Part shown: positions 55,307-64,000 of the stretch, piece by piece
Layout: each line of letters begins with the position of its first letter
Numbering within the stretch: the stretch's first letter is position 1
The notes under the pieces: model-generated
Databases searched by the model: none
What the model was told of the DNA's origin: nothing
What the model saw: the letters and a program-made list of their open reading frames with translations, nothing else
Assembly: GCA_963720565.1 (NCBI GenBank)
Contig: CAVRFW010000002.1
Location: 52,011 to 116,010, forward strand
Direction of reading: 5' to 3'
DNA length: 64,000 nt
Source of the DNA: Candidatus Bathyarchaeota archaeon
GTDB lineage: Archaea > Thermoproteota > Bathyarchaeia > Bathyarchaeales > Bathycorpusculaceae
Made by a program: the position numbers and the translations under genes

Positions 55307-56939
55307 CTATCCCACATTTAAGTAGAGATCGAGACAAACATCAGCATTATCTTGCTTGTTTGAACTGCTCTCAGCGTTTGTTAGTTTGGGTTTCGTCGTG
55401 GAATGCCTCAGCGGCGATGTGGATTTTGATTTTCTGAGCAGCAGTATTACTACTCCAACTATGGCTGCGACCACGATGATAATGGCAGCGTACAAGACTT
55501 CTGGAGGTATACGCACTTGGAGGGTGGCGTTCTAGTTAAACGGTGTATGTTGCAGTTGATGTATCACTATCCGTCATGCCATCCCTGAAAGCCTTAGCCT
55601 TAATCATCGTCGTAGAGCTCACACCGATGGGACCAGAATACACAGTTGACGAATGACGAAGGCTCAGAACCATCAACAGTGTACCTTATGATCACGTCAG
55701 CAGTAGAGCAGCTTATTACAACATTCTGTGACTGAAGTGTAGGTGCCGCTTCCAGGGAAGAATGTTGGAGTCGCAACCTTTCCTGGAATATTGATGTTGT
55801 ATGTTGCTGTGGCTGTTCACTGTCCGTCATGCCATCTTTGAAAGCCTTAGCCTTAATCATCATCGTAGAATTCGACCTCGATGGGATCTGAATACACGGT
55901 TGACGCATGACGAAGGCTCAGAACCATCAACAGTATACCTTACGATTGCGCCGACAGTTGAACAGCGGATGGTCACATTTTGTGCTGAAGAATAGATGCC
56001 GCCCACAGGACTGAATGTTGGAGTGGCAACCTTGGGAGGAATGTTGATGTTGTACGTTGCCGTGGCAGTATCACTGTCCGTCATACCGGTCTTGAAAGCC
56101 TTAGCCTTAATCACCATTGTAGAACCCACCGCGATGGGACTTGAATACACGGTTGACGATGATGAAGGCTCAGAACCATCAACAGTATACCTTATGGTTG
56201 CGCCGTCAGTAGAGCAGCTAAGAGTCACATTCTGAGGCGAAGAATAGTTGCCACCCGCAGGATTAAACGTTGGGGCAGCAACCGTGGGAACTATCAAAGG
56301 TTAATTGTATCCCAGTATGAGGTGCTTATCTTGCCCGGAACTGTCCCTAATCTGGTAACTAACATATTTCATGCCGCCTCCAGACGTCAAATTCCACTCC
56401 TTGGTCGCTGTAGGAGACTCCCAGAGCTTCAGAGCCCCAGATGTTATTGTTTAGTATACCTTACCTTATCTACGCCAGAGCCTGCGTCTTGATATGTTAG
56501 TGTCAGTGTCACAGTTATTGAGGTTGTAGAGGCTTCACCATCATTGATTACGAATAGAACCAGTAGGCGCAGCAGTATCCAGCACGATGGCATCCCAGAA
56601 ATTGCTTATCAACCCTGCATTATCCCTGATCTGGTAGCTTACGTACTTCGCACCGTCCCCTGATGTCAAATTCCAAGATTTGGTGGCTGTAGGAGTCTCC
56701 CAAGGTTCGGAGCCCCAGTCGTGATTGTTAGTGTACCTTACTGCATCCACGCCAGACCCATTATCAGCATAAGTCAGAGTCAACGTTACGGACTCGGAAG
56801 ACGTGTATGAAGCCCCAGCATTAACAACAATTGAACCTGTAGGCGGGGTTGTATCCTGCGCATATGAAACGTTCAGTAGCAACATTGAGCTCAACAGAGT
56901 TATAGCCAAAACTATAATTGACTTTTCTAGACATTGCAT
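55307..56939 (-). CDS. Surface protein: two ~93-aa Ig-like repeats, three FN3-associated/CHB_HEX_C-like modules and TM anchor (many frameshifts; possibly a pseudogene)
   Basis: Signal peptide VSYA-QD; PTGSIVVNAG repeat; VAxPTFxPxGG...IRYTVDGSEP...IKAKAFKxGMTDS x3; IPPEVLY-TM-RKSK. Confidence 0.8.
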
Positions 56940-57344
56940 TAGCCTTCTCTTTCAGTCTTTTATCTTGATGAAAGTTGCGGTGCTAATATACTTTATGTCA
57001 AATTTCTCAATATTGTAGTCAACAGAAAGACTGTAAAATGATCTTTTCTTCACCATTTTTTATGGTTTGCAATTTGTTTTTTCAACTCGTTAGTCACGTC
57101 AAAAAACTCGCTGACGCGAGCGTAAAGTTTTTTGGTTTACCAAGTCGAAACCGTTAAAATTGCGATTTCAATAACAAGTGAGTAAGTTTTTCTGATGGTT
57201 GCTAACCATGATCTCAGAATAACCGCAGCTTTTTAATCTTGCCTCTCAATGCAGATTAGGTGTGAATTTGAGCATCAGGTATTTGCTGCCATTGTGACCC
57301 GCTATGCTTTAGCCTCCCTAACAAGAACAGAATCGGGTTGGAGT

Positions 57345-58051
57345 TCATTCTTTGTAGGGAGCGTTCAAAACCTCTTTAACCTTGTTGGTTATTACAGGTC
57401 CCAGTCCATAAACTGTCTTGGCCCAATCGTTCACGTTAATGACGGCGTTTAGCGGTGTCTGATAGGACCTCAGGATGGCGGTTGCTTTCTCTCGCCCAAC
57501 ATTGGGTAGACTGGCTATGAAGTACACTTGCGCTTCAGCTATTGTGTCTATTTTCTTGAAAGCGTGAACTATTGGCGTTCTTTTTTCGACTATTTGTTCT
57601 TGCCGAGCAGCAACATAAAGAAAGTCAACTGTCTCCTTTTGTGATGCCGTGTTTACTATTGCAATGCCATTCTTGGCCAGGTTGAACATGGCGCCCCAAA
57701 CTGCCGCTGGTTGGATGTGGCTGAATTTGTAGATAATTGGCAAATACCCCTCCAAGAGAATCAACGCTTTCGGGTATGCGTCTTTGAGCCTGAATAACTG
57801 CTCAAAGAGATACCGACGGGTAAGTGTGTAAACAAAATCGTTGACGGTTTTTCTCTCAACCGCACATTGGTCGGATAGTATGTAATCGCCCTTTTCAAGG
57901 GCCTCAGTCTTTACGTTTACACCTCGCTCAACTAAACCTTTAACAATCTTAGTTGCTGTGCTGGCTTCTCGACAGTCAACGACAATAGTCGGATTCTCCT
58001 CGTTTTTCTTTTTCTCTTTCAAGTATGGAACAAGGTTTCGGTTCCTGACAT
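57345..58051 (-). CDS. xpf: Short XPF/ERCC4 structure-specific nuclease with HhH (indel ~58028)
   Basis: VVDCRE; GDYIL; VERKTVNDF; LPNVG and VYGLG HhH; AGGAG RBS before ATG 58051. Confidence 0.85.
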
Positions 58052-58420
58052 TGGCTCAACTCCTGAGTTGTGTTTCCACGTTGCTGTTTTATCTCACTTT
58101 CGTTTTTCTGAAGCGATTCAAAACACGGCTAGTATTGCCTTTGTTCAAGGTTTTCGCGGTCAATGCAAGTGCCCAGCCATTGCATTAGTGATTTTGCTTA
58201 TGTGTTCGTGAAATCTTTCCTTTTCAACACTGTTCGCTTCAGACGCGACTCTGTGTTTCAGAGATGGTTTTGTGTGAGTTTGCTGCTTTTTGGGATGTTG
58301 CATAATCGTGTAATTCAGCTATTTCAGCAGCTAATCACAAGCTAATCATATATTAAGTCTCAATAAACCTTATATTTTGTTTTGGCAACTTAAATGCTCA
58401 AAATGGAGTAGAAACAAAAA

Positions 58421-59696
58421 ATGAACAAAGAAAAACCATTCATAGCGACTATCCTGACTCTAATCGTAGCAAGCACTCTATTGTTTGCATCAACACACTA
58501 CGTCTACGCTGAGACTCTTTTTGAAGACAACTATGAATCAGGAGATTACTCCTCCTGGGCGGGCACACTAACTGCTTCCGGCAGCACAATGGAAATATCT
58601 ACAACCACAGTATATGACGGCGTCTATGCAGCAAACTGTTCCTTAAGCAGCACCCTGAACACATACGCATTTGCTCACTGCACTTTAGTACGCACTGAGA
58701 CCACCATATACCACAGAGAATACATCCAGGTTTCAGCTTTGCCTCCCAGCAGGAGCCGAACTAGACCTGTTTGGCATAATGGACGATCCCCGTACAGCAC
58801 ATCTAGGAACTATAGCAATTGGTAATGATGGCACAGACTATCGTTGGAAAGTAAAATACTACAATAATACTATTGAGAGTACTGAGTATTCCACTGCGGT
58901 TGAAATAAAGGCTGATACTTGGTATTACGTTGAAATAATGGTTAAATCTGGACCTTCAGGAACAGGGCAAGTATCCGTTTGGATAGCTGAAGACGGCACC
59001 TACATAAGAGAAAATGCGCCAACAATCAACTTGACCAACATAACAAATGATGACCTATCTATCGAAACCGTATTCTTCGGCGGTTACGCTACTGGAGCGA
59101 GTTATCCTGTTAGGATACTATCGGACTGTGTAGTTGCATCAACGACCTGGACAGGCCCCATAGACAGCACCAGTCCAACGATTGGCACGATTTCTGCAAG
59201 TAACACCGAGGCTGGAGCTGAGGTTGTCTTAAGCGCGACAGTAACGGACGAAGTGGGAATTGACTACGTGATACCCAGCTGGAATAACGCGGGAACATGG
59301 GTTAACCAAACAGCCATAGATGCCAGCGACAGTCTAAGCTTCGCAGCAACTTTCAGTGGGACATGGAACAATAATTCAGGAACAGTTGTATCAGTTATAT
59401 TCTATGCCAATGATACTTCAAACAATTGGGTTGTCAGCAGCCAATACGACGTCACATTAACAGCTCCAACGCCAACCCCGACACCCACACCAGAACCAAC
59501 AGCAACACCAGAACCAACAGCAACACCAGAACCAACAGCAACACCAGAACCAACACCAACACCAGAACCAACAGCAACACCAGCGCCGACACCGAGCACT
59601 TTGCCAACTGGAGCACTATACGCCGTTGCGATAATCGGAGTCATCTTTGCGGCTGCAGCAACTGCAATCTTGATAATCCTCAAAAAGTCTAAGTAG
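58421..59696 (+). CDS. Surface protein with beta-sandwich domain(s), PEPTAT linker and TM anchor (frameshift ~58750)
   Basis: Signal peptide; FEDNYESGDYSSW; DTWYYVEI; LPTGALY-TM-KKSK. Confidence 0.8.
59487..59583 (+). repeat. 18-bp tandem repeat ACACCAGAACCAACAGCA, five copies (TPEPTA)
   Basis: Direct inspection; one variant unit. Confidence 0.9.
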
Positions 59697-60096
59697 AAGA
59701 TTCAGCAACACAGGTTTAGCTAACCTATCTCCAACTCTTTTTTTTCCTTTTACACTATTCCACGTTACGCTCTATCGGGCATGGTTCATCTGGAATTTAG
59801 ACTAGATGATTTTTGTTCTTTTCTTAGTCTTTAGTTCCTAATCACCCTCGAGAATTTGAGAGTTAAGCATCAACTATGCGAAAACAGAATTACAGCGTAC
59901 TAGTAGCCGTTCACTGAATGTTCATTCGCGGTGACACGATGTTCGAAAAACTGGGAGCAGAATAGTTGTTGTTTAGAATGTGGCCAAACTGTTTCAAACG
60001 CGAAAGAATCTTCGCTGAATGAAGTTGGCGTTCGAACAGAAATTATGTCTGGTTGTTTCTTTATTCTTTGCACTGATACAAAAAAATAGGTGGGAT

Positions 60097-61402
60097 TTAT
60101 GGTCCCTTTTTGGTTATTTCTTTAATAACCCCAGCTGCGACTGTCGTGCCCATGTCTCTGACGGCGAATCGACCGAGTTCTGGAAAGTCAGTGTATGTTT
60201 CTACAGCTATAGGATGCAATGGTTCCATTCTTACCCAGGCAGCGTCGCCAGTTTTCAGGTAGCTTGGTTTTTCTTCAACCACTTGTCCTGTTCGCGGGTC
60301 GATTTTCTTGATGAGTTCGATGAACCTGCAGGCTATTTGTCCGGTGTGGTAGTGGAGAACTGGTGTGTATCCTGCTGCGATGGCTGTTGGGTGGTAGATT
60401 ACGATGATTTGTCCGATGAATTCTTTGGCTACTGTCGGTGGGTTGTCGACTGTTCCTGCGACGTCTCCGCGGTGGATGTCTGTTTTTGCCTACGCCGCGT
60501 ACGTTCATGCCTATGTTGTCTCCTGGTTCTGCGATTGGAATTTGGGTGTGGTGCATTTCCATTGATTTGACTTCTCCAGTTTTGTTTGACGGCATGAAGA
60601 CAACTGTTTGTCCTGCTTTGAGTATTCCTGTTTCTACTCTGCCGACGGGAACTGTGCCGATTCCAGTGATTGTGTATATGTCTTGAATTGGAACGCGCAG
60701 GGGTTTGTTTGTTGGTTTGGCAGGCACTTCGAGAAGGTCTAATCCTTCGATCAGTGTTGGACCTGTGTACCAAGGCATGTTTTCGCTTTTCTTGAGAAGG
60801 TTGTCGCCTTTCCATCCTGAGACGGGGATGAAATTGACTTTTTCTACTTTGAAGCCGACCATTTTGAGCATTCGTGATACTTCGTTCTTGATCTCTTCGT
60901 ATCGTTCTTTGCTCCAGTTTACTGAGATATCGTCCATTTTGTTGACGGCAACTATTACTTGTCGTACGCCTAGTGTAAAGGCTAGGAATGCGTGTTCGCG
61001 TGTTTGTCCGCCTGGACCTATGCCTGCTTCGAATTCGCCTTTTTTGGCTGAGCAGAATAGCACAGCTGCGTCTGCTTGGCTTGCTCCCGTGATCATGTTT
61101 TTGACGAAGTCTCTGTGTCCTGGAGCGTCTATGACTGTGTAGTTGTATTTTTTGGTTTCGAATTTGAGGAATCGGAGGTCTATTGTTACTCCTCTTTCGC
61201 GTTCTTCCTTTAGATTGTCAAGTACCCATGCGAAGGCGAATGTGCCTTTGCCCATTTTTTCGGCTTCTTCTTGGTAAGCTTTGATTGTTCTTTCGTCGAT
61301 TGCGCCTGCTAGGTAGAGTAAGTGTCCTGTCGTTGTGGATTTGCCGTGGTCAACGTGCCCCATGATTACGAGGTTTAAGTGGGGTTTTTCGCTTTTGCTC
61401 AT
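60097..61402 (-). CDS. tuf: Translation elongation factor 1-alpha (+1 A in homopolymer 60483-60487)
   Basis: [39 protein letters not shown]. Confidence 0.97.
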
Positions 61403-61744
61403 TTGTCTATCCTTCCTCTTTTCTATTTATTCTCTTAAATTTTAGTGATTTCGTTAAGACAACTGTTCTTCCAATTATTTTAATCTTATCATGGCAATTC
61501 GGGTTTGAGATTGAAAGAAAAATAGGCTTTTGACATCCACGGATTGTGGCAAATTTCACAAAGGCATTGTAGAAAAAAGGGTTGACTATGAAGAGAGCTG
61601 GGTTTGGGCTGAGCGATGTTGGCGTTGTTTTCTTTCTTTTTTCGGGAGTATAACGCTTTGGCACTGTGGGATTTGTAGTTCTGTAGTGCTCATGAACAAT
61701 AATGTTTATTAATACTCAATATATCGGATTATGAATACTCCTAG

Positions 61745-62224
61745 GTGAAGAAAAAAATGTTTCAAAAAATCTCCGCCGTGACAGTAATCGCAATTGCAGC
61801 CTTAGGATTGGTCTTGACCTATGCAACAGCAGGCGTTGTAAGCATAAGCGAAGCAGCACCCTTAACCAACCGAGCTCTGTCTTCCTCAGGAAGCATTAGA
61901 GCCCTCAACGTGGGTGTCTATTCAGATTATGCCTGCAGTCAGAGCCTGGGTTCACTAGATTGGGGAGACCTTTCACCCGGAGATACTGTAAATAGAACGA
62001 TTTACGTCAAGAACACAGGAAGCGCTGAGATTTCGCTCAGCATGACCACGACAGGCTGGAGTCCTGCAGGAGCTAATGGTCCTCTAACTTTGGTTTGGAA
62101 TAGAGAAAACACAAAGCTAGGCGCAGGCGAAGTGACAACCGCAACATTGAGTCTTGCCGTATCGGAAAGCATAACGGATATCACAACATTTTCAGTTCAA
62201 ATTTTAATCAGCGGCTATGCTTAG
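61745..62224 (+). CDS. Secreted/membrane-anchored Ig-like protein
   Basis: N-terminal hydrophobic helix; LDWGDLSPGDTVNRTIYVKNTG. Confidence 0.75.
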   Translation: MKKKMFQKISAVTVIAIAALGLVLTYATAGVVSISEAAPLTNRALSSSGSIRALNVGVYSDYACSQSLGSLDWGDLSPGDTVNRTIYVKNTGSAEISLSMTTTGWSPAGANGPLTLVWNRENTKLGAGEVTTATLSLAVSESITDITTFSVQILISGYA

Positions 62225-62365
62225 ACAAAATCTTTGATCAGTCTAAATCAACACGCTATTCGGTAGCTCTTCACTGTCTTTTTATGCTGTATAATCGTGA
62301 GTATTAATTAGCAATATACCTGCATGTTAGAAAGCATTAATAGCGAATTTGGTTCAGTGGAATTC

Positions 62366-62506
62366 ATGCGAAAGCAGAATAGGTTAATAATGGTTTTGAT
62401 CATGCCTCTAATGGTGGTAATCTGGACGATTGGTTGGGGTCTTTACTGTGCAGGTTTCCGCAGATTTCCTGCACATAGCATGCAACCTACCGATGAAAAC
62501 CGTTGA
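62366..62506 (+). CDS. Small membrane protein
   Basis: MRKQNR-LIMPLMVVIWTIGWGLY. Confidence 0.5.
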   Translation: MRKQNRLIMVLIMPLMVVIWTIGWGLYCAGFRRFPAHSMQPTDENR

Positions 62507-62734
62507 GTTGGATTGTGTTTAGACCTAAAGTATGCATGAGTGTCGGCAGCTTGTTTGGCGAGGTGAGGCTGAGCAGGACTTCGAAAGTTCAAATTTGAAA
62601 TGTGTAGAAGCGACTGGCGAAAGGAAAGAGTTAGCTGGGATTTAGCGTGGATGCAGAAATCGTATTATATGGCTACGTTGACATTTGTCTCTGTAAGAAA
62701 TTTGGCGGAATCAGCAGGTTAGAGGTTTCTTGTT

Positions 62735-63735
62735 TTGTTGAAGATTAGCGTTAATTTGGGAGAAGGATACAACGACCCGATGCGTTTCGTTGAATGTGCG
62801 GTTGTTGCGGAAAAATGTGGTTTCTATGCTGTGTGGTTCGGTGACCATTTGGTGCCTTGGGTACATAGCCAGAACAAGTCTGCGTATGTTTGGTCTGTTA
62901 TGCCCTCAGCTCTGGAAAGGACAGAAGAGGATTAAGGTTGGTCCGATGGTTACTTCGCCCATTGGAGGCAGATATCACCCGTTGATTGTTGGCCAAGCTT
63001 CTGCGACCTTAGATAACATGTATCCTGGGACGGTTTTTGCTCGGTGTTGGCTCGGGTGAAGCAATTAGTGAAGCGAATTTCTTTTCGGGTCATTGGCCCC
63101 GATGGCGGGAGAGAATTGAAAGGCTTTCTGAGGCGGTGGTTTTGATGAGAAGAATGTGGGAGAGCGAAGTGGAGTTTACTCATCAGGGAAAATACTTCAA
63201 GGCTGAAAACTTTTATCTGTACACCAAACCCAAGACCAAGATTCCGGTTTATTTTGCTGCTCAGGGAAGAAAAGCTGCGCGTTACGCGGGAGTTTACGGA
63301 GACCACATCGTGACGATAAACACGCCTGAGGTTTGTCGAGATGTGATTTTCCCGGTCTTTGAGGAGTCTGCAAGGGCGGTTGGGAGAGATCCCTCAGGAA
63401 TGGAGAAAACGGTTGAGGTCTTGCTTCATTTTGCTGACGGAGATAATGGAGTTGAGGAAATTAGAAAGTCGGGGAATGCGGGTTTCCTGGCTAAGGGGTC
63501 TTTTTCAGAGACTAGCCCAAAGAAAATACAAGAAATGTCTATCACAGTGAGTGATGAAATCATCAAAGACAACTATACCATTGTTTCCTCACCAGATGAT
63601 ATCATCGAAAGAATCGAGGAGTACTTCCGTTCTGGTGCAACACACGTTGAACTGGTAACTCACTCATTCCCTGAAAAAATCAAATATATAGGCGAAAAAG
63701 TCTTGCCATATTTCAACGAAAGGGAGCCTAACTAA
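62735..63735 (+). CDS. LLM-class (probably F420-dependent) oxidoreductase (two frameshifts ~62925, ~63035)
   Basis: AEKCGF..VWFGDHLVPW; RYHP..VGQA.ATLD; LGVGSGEA; AARYAG. Confidence 0.88.
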
Positions 63736-64000
63736 TCAACAAGATAGAAGCCAAAAGAACGAAAACAATTTCATTATTTGTTTTCAGAGCTTAGTTAGAA
63801 GCGCTAATCAGGATAAGTGAAAATTACTGCGGACTTTGATCAAATCGTAGAAGGATTTGAAGTGGTGAACGTTGTCTAAATAGAAAAGGACAGGGTGGCG
63901 TGCACCTTCGATGCGAATTGAAATATTCTCTTCATATAGAACAATAGTATTCAAATCGCAAATTTTCGAGGAAATAGCAAAGTGTTATTCAGGGAAAGAT

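Noticed and set aside
60275..60490. Programmed frameshifting in tuf and other genes
   Set aside because: Sites share no slippery motif or stimulatory structure; homopolymer error is simpler

Overview
Archaeal chromosomal window, most likely Bathyarchaeia. This is inferred from the archaeal EF-1alpha and IleRS, tRNAs with GGTTCAAATCC and no encoded CCA, a short XPF, and DUF5752/DUF5658/DUF4332-type genes. It mixes housekeeping genes (ileS, tuf, tRNA-Ala(CGC), tRNA-Pro(CGG)), DNA repair genes (bacterial-type uvrBAC, xpf, SSB, GIY-YIG), metal transport and storage genes, proteases (HtrA, S2P), a GH13 branching enzyme and several repeat-built surface proteins. About 20 genes are split by 1-nt indels, many in homopolymers, which is most simply read as long-read consensus error; they are annotated here as single genes. 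Top observations: (1) a ~2 kb integrase-less element at the tRNA-Pro 3' end, bounded by an exact 14-bp duplication and short inverted ends, with casposon-like geometry; (2) a ~80-nt structured 5' leader on a small Cys-rich gene; (3) a recurring [IL]P[PT][EG]x[FL]Y-TM-basic C-terminal signal on four surface proteins; (4) microproteins missed by the ORF track, including a 20-aa acidic Trp peptide with its own promoter and RBS; (5) a eukaryote-like prenylcysteine oxidase homolog. Family calls come from motif recognition only; no searches were run.
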